The notes under the pieces were generated by a model. It was not told where the DNA came from. It did not search any database and worked only from the letters and a program-made list of their open reading frames with translations. Below, one piece after another: positions 30,837 through 41,377 of a DNA stretch of 64,000 bases (position 1 is its first letter; each line of letters opens with the position of its first letter). The position numbers were made by a program, and so were the translations under genes. Origin of the DNA: an uncultured Acidobacteriota bacterium (GTDB lineage: Bacteria; Acidobacteriota; Vicinamibacteria; Vicinamibacterales; CAVVIG01). Where the stretch lies: the NCBI GenBank assembly GCA_963780685.1, contig CAWACZ010000012.1, forward strand, positions 195,238 through 259,237, written 5' to 3'.

Positions 30837-31872
30837 TCATGCGAGCAACTCGCGGACTCTGGGCACCACCTTGGTTCCGTACAGCTCGAGGCTCGTCATC
30901 AATTTGTCGTGCGGCAACGTGCCATTCGGCGTACTTGAGGTCGAATCGAGAGAGACCGAGGCCTTTCATCGTCGCGACGATTTTCTGGGCAACCGTTTCG
31001 GGAGAGCCGACGAACAGCGCGCCGTCGGGCCCGGCCTCTCGCTCGAACCCGGCGCGCGTGATGGGCGGCCACCCGCGCTCGGCGCCGATCCGATTCATCA
31101 AACCCGCGTGGTGCGGCCACAACTCCTCTTTGGCTTGCTCGTCGGTCGCCGCGAGGTGACCCGGTGAATGCGCGCCGATTGGCTGTATCGGCTTCTCGAA
31201 TCGCTCGAGCGACTGATGGTAGAGCTGCGCATATGGCAAAAATCGTAGGGGGTTTCCGCCGATGATCGCCAGAATCAGCGGCAGTCCGTAGTAGGCGGCG
31301 CGGACGACCGATTCCGGGCTGCCGCCGACGCCCACCCACGTGCGGAGCGTGCCCGTTTCGATCGGTGGATACACGACCTGGCCGCTGAGCGACGCGCGCA
31401 GTTGTCCTTTCCACGTCACCGGCTGATTCTTGAGCAGCTCGGCGAAGAGATTGAGCTTTTCCTCGAACAGCGGCTCGTAATGGGCGAGGTCGTAGCCGAA
31501 CAGCGGAAACGACTCCGTGAACGAGCCCCGCCCGACCATCACCTCCGCGCGCCCGCTCGAAATCGCATTGAGCGTCGAAAAACGCTCGAAGACGCGAACC
31601 GGGTCGTCCGTGCTCAACACCGTGACCGCGGTCCCCAGCCGAATGCGCCTGGACCTTGCCGCAATCGCGGCGAGGACCACTTCGGAAGCAGAAATGGAAA
31701 AATCCCTGCGGTGATGTTCGCCGACGCCGAAGGCGTCGAGCCCGACTTGATCCGCGAGCTCTCCTTCGTCTATCACGTGTCGAAGCGTTTCGGCCTGCGA
31801 GAGAGATCGCCCCTCGGAGTCGACAGTGACGTCTCCGAAGGTGTTCACACCCAGTTCAATCGCGGCTGCCAT
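30837..31872 (-). CDS. LLM-class (luciferase-like) flavin-dependent oxidoreductase; apparent frameshift near 30925
   Basis: MAAAIELGVNTFGDVT...GLDAFGVGEHHRRDFSISASEVVLAAIAARSRRIRLGTAVTVLSTDDPVRVFE. The true tail NGTLPHDKLMTSLELYGTKVVPRVRELLA* is in another phase (TGA 30837-30839). Confidence 0.85.
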
Positions 31873-32006
31873 ATTCCTCCATGTCGAGTGATGGCCCCTG
31901 TCAGTCTTGAGTTCGACTTTGTCAGATCGCGTCCGCACCGACGTGAGTGCGAAACATGCTGGTCGATTCGTCGGCGGCGAAGGATTCGCCGCGAAAGCGC
32001 CGATCG

Positions 32007-33170
32007 TTACTTTTTCGCCGCTACCATTTTCGTGATCCGGCCGACGCTCGTGTCGCCTGAATAGAGATTGCCTTGCGAATCCATGGCCATGTAGTTGGAT
32101 TCGACGAACTGGCCGTCCCCTCTCCCCGGTCCGTTGCCGACCGCACCAAGCACGTTGCCATCCCAGTCAATCTTGAAGATTTGACCGTCCTGACCGGTCG
32201 CCAGCCAGAGCTGTTTGTGCGGGTCCACATAGAGCGCGCACGTGAGGTTTCTCATTTGAATCGTTTTGATGAACTTGCCGTCTTTGTCGTAAACGACAAG
32301 GCGATATTCCTCGCGATCGGCGATATACACGTCGCCGTTGTTCGGATTGATGGCAATCCCATGGACCATGCTGAAGTGTCCCTGGCCGGCACGGTTTCCG
32401 AACCACTGATTGATGAACTTGCCGTTCTTGTCGAGGTGCAGGACGCGCGCGGCGCCAATCCTGTTGGTCGGAGACTTGTCGGTGTCGTTGGGACTCTCGT
32501 TCGCATGACCCTGGCCGATATAGACGTCGCCATTCGGGGCGAAGGCGACGTGCAGCGGCTGCCAGAGAAGTCTTTGTCCCTTGGCCTCGTCCCAATCACC
32601 CCGTTGTCCCCTCACACCGATGGTCATCAGGAGCTTTCCCTCGGGACTCAGCTTCATCACGGTGTCGCCATGCTCGTCGCAGATCCAGATGTTGTCCTCT
32701 CGGTCGATGGCCATGCCATGTGCCTTGTTCTGGTGGCCGATCACCTCGTCGCCGATTGCGCGGACCAGCTTCTGGTTCTGATCGAACTCGAACAACTGTG
32801 GCTTTCCGGCGGCGTTGCGCTGAAAAGCGAACAGGTGTCCCTTCGAATTGATCGCGACCGCCGCGACACCACCACCGCCCTCGGGCAACGCGAACGGGTA
32901 GGCGTAGGTGAAACCCATATCGGGCGTGCGCAGTTCATGAGAGATGAGGTTGCGCTCCCTTCCCCAGTTGCAGATGGGCGAATGCGTGCACGGCTCGGCG
33001 CCAGCGTTTCCCTGTATGCCGCCCCCTTGCCCACCGCTCCTCCCGCCGGAGGTCACTTGTGATGTCGAAGCCACGGCCGACGCTTGCGGCCCGGCGGCTG
33101 GCGTGTCCGTTTGTGAGAATGCCAGCGTACAGAGTCCGACCACGACTCCACGGAAAGTACGTCCTCTCAT
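32007..33170 (-). CDS. Secreted NHL-repeat / six-bladed beta-propeller protein
   Basis: 387 aa intact; repeated motifs HGMAIDREDNIWICD, PNGDVYIGQG, HGIAINPNNGDVYIADREEYRLVVYDKDG, MDSQGNLYSGD. Confidence 0.8.
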   Translation of the reverse strand: MRGRTFRGVVVGLCTLAFSQTDTPAAGPQASAVASTSQVTSGGRSGGQGGGIQGNAGAEPCTHSPICNWGRERNLISHELRTPDMGFTYAYPFALPEGGGGVAAVAINSKGHLFAFQRNAAGKPQLFEFDQNQKLVRAIGDEVIGHQNKAHGMAIDREDNIWICDEHGDTVMKLSPEGKLLMTIGVRGQRGDWDEAKGQRLLWQPLHVAFAPNGDVYIGQGHANESPNDTDKSPTNRIGAARVLHLDKNGKFINQWFGNRAGQGHFSMVHGIAINPNNGDVYIADREEYRLVVYDKDGKFIKTIQMRNLTCALYVDPHKQLWLATGQDGQIFKIDWDGNVLGAVGNGPGRGDGQFVESNYMAMDSQGNLYSGDTSVGRITKMVAAKK

Positions 33171-33185
33171 TTCAACCTCCCGGCC

Positions 33186-34830
33186 TCAACGCACCGTCTT
33201 CGCCTTCGCCTCGTCGCGCCGCCACGCGTAGTAACCGTCGAGCGCCTTGAGCTGAGGCATGTTCGGCACCGGTCGAGCGCTCGACCGTCCGTCGAAATGC
33301 ATGGCGTTCTGAGCGGTGGGAGTAAACGCGGGCCAGGCGGGCAGACCCGGCCCATTCGGGTCGCCGTTCTTCGCGAAGTTCACCCAGTAACTGCTCACGA
33401 GATCTGACATCGCGTGGTCCTCAGGGCGGGGCGGGCCGGCCGCACCAAGTGGACCACTCGAGGCGCCAAGCGTGCGAAATACGTAGCCGATTTCCGCGCC
33501 GTGATTGGCACCATTCGGCGACTGCGGCGTCCGATGGTCGAAGTAATAGACGTACGCCTTCCCCTTGCCCTTCTCGGCCTGCAGCATCGCCCACGCCCAC
33601 GTGGGCCACGCGAACGCCGTAGTCGCGGAAGATGTCCTTGCCGGCTTTGGCCGCTTCCGCGTCGGTGGCATGCGGATATGCGGCGAGAATCGCGTCGGCG
33701 TGTTTGCCGTAGCCTTCGCGAATCTGCGATTCGAAGAGCGCCTTTGTCATGCCGGGTTGCGCAAACAAGGCGCCTTCGTCCGAGTTCGTGCCGATGAGCA
33801 CGGGCGTGTCGTAGAAACGCCCCGCCTTGTACAGCTCGTACTGATCGCCCGGCAGCACGTCGCCGTCGAAGACCGGCCAGAAGCCGCCCTGCAAGCCCGG
33901 GCCCTGGGCCGTTTGCAGCTGGTCGACGCTCAGCTCGCGCGCGGCAGCGATGTCCTTCGCGCCGAGCTTGGCGAGAAAGCTCTGCCCCGTTGCCTCCGCC
34001 ACCTTGAGCGGCGGGACGTTCTGTCCGCCTTCGTTGGCGAACCGCGGGGGGCCGAAGTTGCCGCCGCTTTCGGAGATCGCGCGTTGAAACAAGCCTTTTG
34101 CGGCTGGCGACGCGGCCAACATGCTCACGGCGATGCCGCCCGCGGATTCGCCGAAGATCGTGACGCGCGCGGGATCCCCGCCAAACTTCGCGATGTTGGC
34201 CTTCACCCAACGAAGCCCCTCGATCTGATCCTGGAGGCCGTAGTTGCCCGAACCCTTGCCGCTCTCGCGACTGAGCTCGGCGTGGGCGAGGAATCCGAAC
34301 GCACCCACCCTGTAGGCGACGCTGACCAGGACGACACCCTTCTCAGCGAGCCGCGTCCCATCGTAGGCCGGAACACTCGTCTGGCCGCCCACGAAACCGC
34401 CGCCGTAGATCCACACCATCACTGGCAGTGCCTCGCCCGCCGTCTTCGCCGGCGTCCAGACGTTGAGATAGAGGCAGTCCTCGTTGATCTCGGGTGGCGC
34501 GCCGAACAACCTTGCAAAGTTCGGATCCTGCACGCAGCTCGGCCCGAATGCGGCGGCCTGCTTCACGCCCGTCCACGGCCTAACGGGCTGCGGCGCCTTC
34601 CACCGCAGCGGTCCCACCGGTGGAGCGGCAAACGGAATGCCCTTGAACGAGACGATGCCGTTTGCCAGCACGCCGGCGACGCGGCCGCCGGTCACGTCGA
34701 CTTCCTGCACCTGGGCGCTCGCCGACGGAACCAATAGCAGCGCCACCGCGAGACACGCCGCGTCGATCGCGAGCTTCTTCACGCTCTTCGAGTCCAGGAC
34801 ATTGCGCACAGGTCCACCTTTCTTTCGCAC
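33186..34830 (-). CDS. Carboxylesterase type B family; apparent frameshift near 33630
   Basis: FKGIPFAAPPVGPLRWKAPQP, EDCLYLNVWTP, VMVWIYGGGF, nucleophile elbow IFGESAGG. The C-terminal part in ORF 33186..33671 reads FAWPTWAWAML...YVYYFDH...HGAEIGYVF. Confidence 0.85.
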
Positions 34831-34973
34831 TCACCGACCCGGCATGACAGGCGCCGGGTGAGCAGGACGGGGAGGGAAATCTTACTCTCAGCCGCGCTTC
34901 GTCCGCGGGGGGAACCCTTGGGGCATGAAAGGTTCCGGCGTCGACGCTATAGAATCGTTCGACTGGCCCATCA

Positions 34974-37900
34974 ATGGCGTTCGGCGCGGCTGAGCCCCGC
35001 TATGAGATCGTCGAAATCATCGGCCGCGGAGGCATGGGAGAGGTCTGTCTCGCCGACGATGTGATGCTCGACCGCAAGGTTGCGCTCAAGTTCGTCAGCG
35101 AGCCCCGCGAAAGAGACGGCCTGGAGCAACTGCTCAGCGAGGCCCGAGCCGCAGCCGCTCTCGACCATCCGTTCATCTGCTCGATTTACGAAGTCACGAC
35201 GCACAACGGCCGCCCCTGCATCGCCATGGAGTACGTCCGCGGCGAGTCGCTCGAACGGCGGCTGCGCGGCGGGCCGCTGCCGCTTGGAGAGGCGCTCCGG
35301 GTGGCGGAAGAGATCGCCGAGGCGCTCGACGCGGCGCACAAGCGGCTCGTCGTTCACCGCGATCTCAAGCCGGCGAACGTCATGCTCACCGAGGACCAGC
35401 ACATCAAAGTCATGGACTTCGGGTTGGCGACCCGCTTGCCGCGGGCCGCCGCCGTCGACCAGGCGGCGACCGTCACGATTGCGGTGACGGATGCCGTCGT
35501 GAAAGGCACGCCGGCCTACATGGCGCCGGAACAGATCCGCGGCGAACCAGCCGATCGCCGATCCGATATTTTCGCGTTCGGCATTCTGCTGTATGAGGTG
35601 GTCTCGGGAACCAATCCGTTCCATCGCGGGGGGATCACCGCCACTTTCGCGGCCATTCTCGGCGAGCCGGCGCCGACGCTCCGCGGCCGCCTGCCGGCGA
35701 TTCCGCCTGCGCTCGATGCCCTTCTGGCACGGCTGCTGGCGAAGGATCAGGCCGCGCGATATCAGTCCTTCGGCGACGTCCGCAGCGCTCTGCGCGGCCT
35801 TTCGGTCGACATGTCTTCGTCGCTCGCGGCGCCGGCCGTTGTCGAGCGGCCGGCAAGCGATGACAGCGCCACGCTGATTGGGCGCGACGCTGAGGGGGCG
35901 CAGCTGCTGCAAAGCCTTCACCAGGCAAGGTCCGGTCGAGGCAGCCTCGTCCTGCTGGTCGGAGACGCGGGTATCGGAAAAACTCGACTGGCGGAAGATG
36001 CCCTGACGGCGGCGCGGCGGCTCGGATGTCAGACGCTCGTTGGCCGATGCTACGAGCAGGAGGACACGCCTGCGCTCATCCCGTACATCGAAGTGCTCGA
36101 GGAGGCCTCCCGGCTGATGCCCGCCGCACTGTTTCGCGAGGCGGTCGGTGCGAGCGCGCCCGAACTGGCGAAACTGATACCGGAGCTGCATCATCTGTTC
36201 CCCGACATGGCGGCGCCGCTGGAGTTGCCGCCGCAGCTGCAGCAACGATACCTGTTCACGAATGTCCGCGAGTTCCTCACTCGAAGCGGTCGCTCCATGC
36301 CGCTCGTGATCTTCATCGACGATCTGCAGTGGGCAGACGAGTCGACCGTTCAGCTGACGCAGCAGCTGGCGCAGCAGCTCGCCAACCTCCCGATCCTCGT
36401 CATCGCGGCGTACCGCGAGGTGGACGTCGCCCCCACTGGCCCTGGCAGGGGCAGGCTTCACAACCTGCTGGACCGGGTCCGTGGTCAGGGGATTCCCGCA
36501 TCACAGTCGATCAAGGCCGCGCTCGATCAGCTGGTCGGCCAGCGCCACGCCCGTACGATCGCGCTGCGCCCGTTGACACAACCCGAAGTGCAGGGCGTGC
36601 TCGCAGCGCTCGGCCAGCCAAACCCGCCGGCCGCGCTCGTCCGGAAATTCGCCGAGCACACCGGCGGAAATCCGCTGTTCATCGCCGAGCTGTTCCGGCA
36701 CCTGAAGGACGAAGGACGGCTGTTCGACGCCCGCAACCACTGGACGCGCAACATCGACCTCGACGATGTCGAGATTCCCGACACGGTGCGCATCGTGCTG
36801 GAGCGCCGGATTCAGCGCGTCTCGCCCGAAACGCAGAACGTGCTGAAAGCCGCGGCGGTGATTGGCCGTCAGTTCGAGCCCGACCTGCTCGAAGAGGTCG
36901 CCGAAATCGACAGCGATACGCTGCTCTCGGCGCTGGACGAGGCCGAGCAAGCCCGGATCCTGAGAGGCCCTTCGGGGCGCCGCGACACCATGTGGCGCTT
37001 TGCCCATCAGTTCATTTGCCAGATGCTGACCGGCGCGATTCCCCAGCTTCGCCGGCAACGGCTGCACTTGCGCGTCGCCGACGCGATGGCGCGGCTCGAC
37101 CGAGAGTCCCGCGTGTACACATCCGGGATCGCGCATCATCTGTACTGTGCCGGCCGCCTGGCCGACCCCGGTCGAGCCGCCCGCGCGCTGATCACGGCTG
37201 GCGACGCCGCGCACGTCGTGTATGCCACCGAAGAAGCGGTCCAGCATTATCGCCGGGCCCTCGAGGTGTTGAAGGATACGAGCGGCCACGAACGAGAGCG
37301 GCTTTCGGTGCAGGAAACGCTCGCGGACCTGCTGGCACTGCAAGGCGATCGCGCCGCAGCGATGGAACACTACGAAACAGTCAGCGCCGCTTACCGCGCC
37401 GCACAGGCGCCGGTCGATCAGGCGCGCGTCGCCCGCAAGACCGGCACGCTCCATTGGCAGGCCGGCGATCGTGCCGAGGCGATGGCGGCGTATCGTCGGG
37501 CACTGGAGGCCCTCGCCGGAGCAACGGCGCACCTCGAATCGGCCCACCTTTATCAGGAGCTGGGGCTCGCCGCGTTTCGCAGCGGAGACAACGACCAGGC
37601 ACGCGAGTGGGCGGAGCGCGCGCTGCAATCGGCGGAGCTCGCGCTCACCGCGCCTGCGTCCGACGGGTCGCAGGTCCGCAAAGCGGCGACAACGGCGATC
37701 GCGCAGGCCACCAATACGATCGGCGTCGCGCTGGCACGGTCCGGGCAGCTCGACGCCGCCCGCGAGCGCATCGAGCGCAGCCTCGCCGCGTCACGGGATC
37801 TGGGACTGCTCGACGTCGCCTGCCGCGCCTACGCCAATCTCGGAGTCCTCTACAGTTCCGTCGAGCCGCAACGTGCGATCGACGTGTCGCTGACGGGGCT

Positions 37901-38330
37901 CGAGCTGGCGTCGAGGATCGGCGCACCGTCGCTCCAGTCGTATATTTACGCGAACCTCGCGGCCGCGTACTGCGCGTTGACCGAAAGGTGCGAAACAGAA
38001 GGCCTTGAGGCGGCGCAGACGGCCGTCGCGCTCGACCGCGAGCTGGGGCAGCTGGACCATCTCGCCGTTCCGCTCGTCGTCATGGCGCAGATCCATCAAT
38101 GCCGCGGCGAGCTCGAGAAGGCGCAAGAGGAGTATCACGAGGCGCTCGCGCTGGCTGAAAAGATCGGCGAGCCGCAGTTGATCTTCCCCTGCTACGACGG
38201 CCTCGCCACGATCCACCTGGATCGAGGCGACCGCGGTCGTGCGGAAGAATTCATGGTGAAAGCTCAGCAGCTGTGCGAACGGACCGGTCTCGATCCCGAT
38301 GCGCTACTCCTGCTCCCGTTCTTGTGTTGA
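34974..38330 (+). CDS. Ser/Thr protein kinase fused to AAA/STAND-type NTPase and TPR array (1118 aa, intact)
   Basis: RYEIVEIIGRGGMGEV...HRDLKPANVM...DFGLA...GTPAYMAPE; Walker A LVGDAGIGKTRLAE; Walker B-like LVIFIDDLQWADES; long TPR-like C-terminus. Confidence 0.9.
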   Translation: MAFGAAEPRYEIVEIIGRGGMGEVCLADDVMLDRKVALKFVSEPRERDGLEQLLSEARAAAALDHPFICSIYEVTTHNGRPCIAMEYVRGESLERRLRGGPLPLGEALRVAEEIAEALDAAHKRLVVHRDLKPANVMLTEDQHIKVMDFGLATRLPRAAAVDQAATVTIAVTDAVVKGTPAYMAPEQIRGEPADRRSDIFAFGILLYEVVSGTNPFHRGGITATFAAILGEPAPTLRGRLPAIPPALDALLARLLAKDQAARYQSFGDVRSALRGLSVDMSSSLAAPAVVERPASDDSATLIGRDAEGAQLLQSLHQARSGRGSLVLLVGDAGIGKTRLAEDALTAARRLGCQTLVGRCYEQEDTPALIPYIEVLEEASRLMPAALFREAVGASAPELAKLIPELHHLFPDMAAPLELPPQLQQRYLFTNVREFLTRSGRSMPLVIFIDDLQWADESTVQLTQQLAQQLANLPILVIAAYREVDVAPTGPGRGRLHNLLDRVRGQGIPASQSIKAALDQLVGQRHARTIALRPLTQPEVQGVLAALGQPNPPAALVRKFAEHTGGNPLFIAELFRHLKDEGRLFDARNHWTRNIDLDDVEIPDTVRIVLERRIQRVSPETQNVLKAAAVIGRQFEPDLLEEVAEIDSDTLLSALDEAEQARILRGPSGRRDTMWRFAHQFICQMLTGAIPQLRRQRLHLRVADAMARLDRESRVYTSGIAHHLYCAGRLADPGRAARALITAGDAAHVVYATEEAVQHYRRALEVLKDTSGHERERLSVQETLADLLALQGDRAAAMEHYETVSAAYRAAQAPVDQARVARKTGTLHWQAGDRAEAMAAYRRALEALAGATAHLESAHLYQELGLAAFRSGDNDQAREWAERALQSAELALTAPASDGSQVRKAATTAIAQATNTIGVALARSGQLDAARERIERSLAASRDLGLLDVACRAYANLGVLYSSVEPQRAIDVSLTGLELASRIGAPSLQSYIYANLAAAYCALTERCETEGLEAAQTAVALDRELGQLDHLAVPLVVMAQIHQCRGELEKAQEEYHEALALAEKIGEPQLIFPCYDGLATIHLDRGDRGRAEEFMVKAQQLCERTGLDPDALLLLPFLC

Positions 38331-38400
38331 CGTAGAATTGTCAGCTCGCAGGTCGAGAGAAACGTTCAGAGGCCGTTGAATCTTGGAAAAGGTTGATCCC

Positions 38401-39069
38401 ATGTCGCTATCAGGCCAGATGCCGGTTCAGCCCGGAGAGCCCGCGCCCGACTTCGCCGTGTCGGCCGTGCACGAGGATCGGATGATTTCGTTGGCAGACT
38501 ACCGCGGAAGGACGCCGCTGCTGCTCGGCCTGTTCAGGGGCCTGTACTGCCCGTTCTGCCGGCGTGCGCTGGCCCAGATGGCCGTCTCGTCCGACCGCCT
38601 GAAATCGCTCGGCGTCGATTCGCTGGCCGTTGTCGGCACCGACGTGGAGAATGCGCGGCTTTATTTCAAGTTCAGACCGACGCGCATGGCGCTCGGCGCC
38701 GACCCGAATCTCGTCACCCACCGCTCGTACCGTGTGCCGCGGCCGGAGCCTACGTCCGAGTTGATGCAAGCGATGGCGAACACACAGATCAACCCGACTG
38801 GAGAGCTCCCGGCACCGCTGCCGGTGCCCGCCGCAGGGGCCGCCCTCAACGCGCTCGACGGCTATCAGAGCACGCCGGCCGATCAGCGGGACTTCGAGTC
38901 GGCGTTTACGCAGTTGAAAGGCCAGTTCCTGATCGACCGCGGCGGCGTCGTGCGGTGGGCCCACATCGAGGGCCAGGAGGGCCCCTCCGGTCTCGGCAAG
39001 TTCCCTTCGCACGACGAATTGATTGACGCGGCGAGTATCGTCATCGGCGGCACACGGGTCGGCACTTAG
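38401..39069 (+). CDS. AhpC/TSA-type peroxiredoxin-like protein (Cys form)
   Basis: MSLSGQMPVQPGEPAPDFAVSAV...RTPLLLGLFRGLYCPFCRRALAQM...FLIDRGGVVRWAHI. Confidence 0.8.
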   Translation: MSLSGQMPVQPGEPAPDFAVSAVHEDRMISLADYRGRTPLLLGLFRGLYCPFCRRALAQMAVSSDRLKSLGVDSLAVVGTDVENARLYFKFRPTRMALGADPNLVTHRSYRVPRPEPTSELMQAMANTQINPTGELPAPLPVPAAGAALNALDGYQSTPADQRDFESAFTQLKGQFLIDRGGVVRWAHIEGQEGPSGLGKFPSHDELIDAASIVIGGTRVGT

Positions 39070-39190
39070 CGATCCCACCGGTCCAGTTTCGGTCACACAG
39101 TGCGGCTTCGATCCGTCACGAAGGTGACGGCCGACACGGTCACGCCCACGACGGTCACGTGCGTGGCATGCACCGGCATTGCTAAACCTC

Positions 39191-39231
39191 TTGACATGCA
39201 CTAGTCAAGTAATCTATTGATTACTTGACTA
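39191..39231 (+). promoter_or_regulatory. TTGACA -35 box plus 30-bp perfect palindrome (13-4-13) overlapping the -10 region and the start codon of the ArsR-rhodanese gene
   Basis: TTGACA at 39191-39196. TAGTCAAGTAATC-TATT-GATTACTTGACTA spans 39202-39231, and its last base is the A of ATG 39231. Confidence 0.6.
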
Positions 39232-39977
39232 TGACCGATCCCCACCGAACCTTCAAGGACCGCCTCTACGGTCAGTTCGCTCGCCTCGGCAAGGCGCTCG
39301 CCAGCCCGCATCGCATCGAGATGCTCGAACTGCTCGCACAGAGCGAACGCACGGTCGATTCCCTGGCGACGGAGATGGGCTTGTCGCTGGCGAATGCTTC
39401 TCAGCATCTGCAAGCGCTGCGACAAGCCGCGCTGGTCGAAAGCCGCAAACAAGGCCTATTCGTCCACTACCGGCTCGTCGACCCGTCGGTCTTCGACCTC
39501 TGTGCCGCCCTGCACACGGTGGCCGAGCGACGTCTCGCCGACTTGGATCGCCTCGTGCGCGAGCACTTCGGGGACCGTTCCGACGCCGAGCCGGTGCGCA
39601 TGCGCGATCTGCTGGATCGGGCGCGGGCGAGCGACGTCATCATTCTCGACGCCCGGCCCGCAGCCGAGTACCAGGCGGGCCATATCGCCGGCGCGATTTC
39701 GGTTCCCATCGACCAGCTCCAGAAACGTCTGCGGTCGCTGCCAGTCGACAAGGAGTACGTGGCGTACTGCCGTGGCCCCTACTGTGTGTACGCCGATCGA
39801 GCGGTCGAACTCCTTCTAAAGAGTCGCCGCCGCGCCCGGCGTCTGCTCGAGGGATTTCCGGAGTGGCGCGCGGCGGGATTTCCCATTGCACGAGGGAGCG
39901 ACGCGCCGGCGGTGCCAGGACGGCCGCGACGGCGCGGTTCACGCCGTCCTCGAAAGCGCCTGCTGACGTCGGTTTGA
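39231..39977 (+). CDS. ArsR-family HTH regulator fused to a rhodanese domain
   Basis: FARLGKALASPHRIEMLELLAQSERTVDSLATEMGLSLANASQHLQALRQAALV (ArsR wHTH), then VIILDARPAAEYQAGHIAGAISVP...YVAYCRGPYCVYADRAV (rhodanese). Confidence 0.85.
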   Translation: MTDPHRTFKDRLYGQFARLGKALASPHRIEMLELLAQSERTVDSLATEMGLSLANASQHLQALRQAALVESRKQGLFVHYRLVDPSVFDLCAALHTVAERRLADLDRLVREHFGDRSDAEPVRMRDLLDRARASDVIILDARPAAEYQAGHIAGAISVPIDQLQKRLRSLPVDKEYVAYCRGPYCVYADRAVELLLKSRRRARRLLEGFPEWRAAGFPIARGSDAPAVPGRPRRRGSRRPRKRLLTSV

Positions 39978-40041
39978 TTCGCTTGTCGTGGCGACGCTGA
40001 CCGACCGCAGACCCCTCGAGCGCGCACGTGATCGGAGGTGA

Positions 40042-40527
40042 ATGATGGAGAAAGCCGTGATGCGACGACGCCTCGAGGTCCAGGGGTTTCTGCTGGACGA
40101 TGTTGCGCTGCGACAGATCGGCAGGTGGCTGCGGTTCACCCCGGCTCTCTGCGCCACGGGCATCGCCATTGGGACTCTCCTCGCCTCTCCGTCGATGTTG
40201 TGGGCGCTTGCGGCAACCGCTGCTGCCGGCGCGCTGTTTCCCAGACATCCGTTTGATTTCCTCTACAACTTCGCTATTCGGTTCCTGACGAGGACGCAAC
40301 CACTTCCGGTCAATCGAGCTCCAAGACGGTTCGCGTGCGGCGTGGCGGCACTCTGGCTCGCTGGTACGGCGATGGCGTTCGAAGGAGGTCAGCCTGCGCT
40401 TGGCTACATCCTCGGAGGAGCGATAGTCGTCCTCGCCACTCTCGTCAGCTTGACGGATATCTGCATCCCTTCGGTTGTTTACCAGTTCCTGTTCGCGCGG
40501 CGCGACCGGAAGGTCGTACGCGTGTAG
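40042..40527 (+). CDS. DUF4395-like membrane protein
   Basis: 161 aa; VQGFLLDDVALRQIGRWLRFTPALCATGIAIGTLL...PFDFLYNFAIRFL...NRAPRRFACGVAALWLAG...LVSLTDICIPSVVY. Confidence 0.75.
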   Translation: MMEKAVMRRRLEVQGFLLDDVALRQIGRWLRFTPALCATGIAIGTLLASPSMLWALAATAAAGALFPRHPFDFLYNFAIRFLTRTQPLPVNRAPRRFACGVAALWLAGTAMAFEGGQPALGYILGGAIVVLATLVSLTDICIPSVVYQFLFARRDRKVVRV

Positions 40528-40560
40528 ATCGAAGCCCTGCACGAGAGGTGGAGGTGACAT

Positions 40561-41343
40561 GTGGCGATGACGTGCCCCGTTGATTTCGACACCGTGACGC
40601 TACGCGCCGAAATTCAGACGATGTATTCGCAGGTCGCCGCCACGCCCGAAGGCTCGTTCCACTTTCATCGTGGACCAGAGTACGCCGTTACCAGGCTCGG
40701 CTACGACGCGGCGGAGCTCGCCACTCTCCCCATCACGGTCACGTCGTCATTCGCGGGTGTTGGCAATCCTCACGCTATCAGGCCCATCGAGAAGGCAGCC
40801 GTCGTGCTCGACGTCGGCTGTGGATCTGGAACCGATCTACTCCTCGCTGCGCGGCATGTCGGACCTGCCGGCCGCGCGATTGGCGTGGACATGACCGAAG
40901 CAATGCGAGCACGAGCATCAGCGGGAGCCGTGCAATGCGGACTCGCTCATGTCGACGTGCGTGATGGCGATGCAACGCGCCTGCCGCTCGAAGATGCCAG
41001 CGTCGACGTGGTCATTTCGAACGGCGTGCTGAACCTCGTACCCGACAAACACAAAGCCATCGGCGAGATCGCCCGCGTCTTGAAGCGCGGCGGCGGTGTA
41101 CAGATTGCCGACATCGTGATCAAGGAGATCCTGCCGGAAAGCACCCTTCGCGACATCGATCTCTGGACCGGTTGAATCGCCGGCGCTCTGCTGGAAGCAG
41201 AGCTTGTCGACGCCTTTGCGGCGGCCGGCTTCGACGATGTGCGCATCGTCGCCCGATTCGATTGCTTCGCAGGAACGACCAAAGAGCGGACGGCGAGACG
41301 GTACGGCGTCGGCGGTGTGAATCTCGTGGCGTCGCGACGATAG
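40561..41343 (+). CDS. ArsM/UbiE-like SAM-dependent methyltransferase with in-frame UGA (candidate selenocysteine) at 41173-41175
   Basis: FHFHRGPEYA, SFAGVGNP, SAM motif VLDVGCGSGTD, VDVVISNGVLNLVPDK, then DLWTG-TGA-IAGALLEAELVDAFAAAGFDDVRIVARF...YGVGGVNLVASRR* in the same phase (783 nt = 261 codons). Homologs as I recall carry GCIAGA at this spot. Confidence 0.75.
41185..41203 (+). promoter_or_regulatory. Candidate bacterial SECIS hairpin for the methyltransferase UGA
   Basis: GCUCUGC-UGGAA-GCAGAGC: a perfect 7-bp stem with a GG-containing pentaloop, starting 9 nt after the UGA. Confidence 0.5.
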
Positions 41344-41377
41344 GCCCACCCGGCTATCTCGAAAGAGGAGGCTCATC

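Noticed and set aside
34971-38008. 496-aa minus-strand ORF (34971..36461) and 660-aa out-of-phase plus-strand ORF (36026..38008)
   Set aside because: Both overlap the intact 1118-aa kinase-AAA-TPR gene. Their translations are Arg/Pro/Ala runs without domain signatures.
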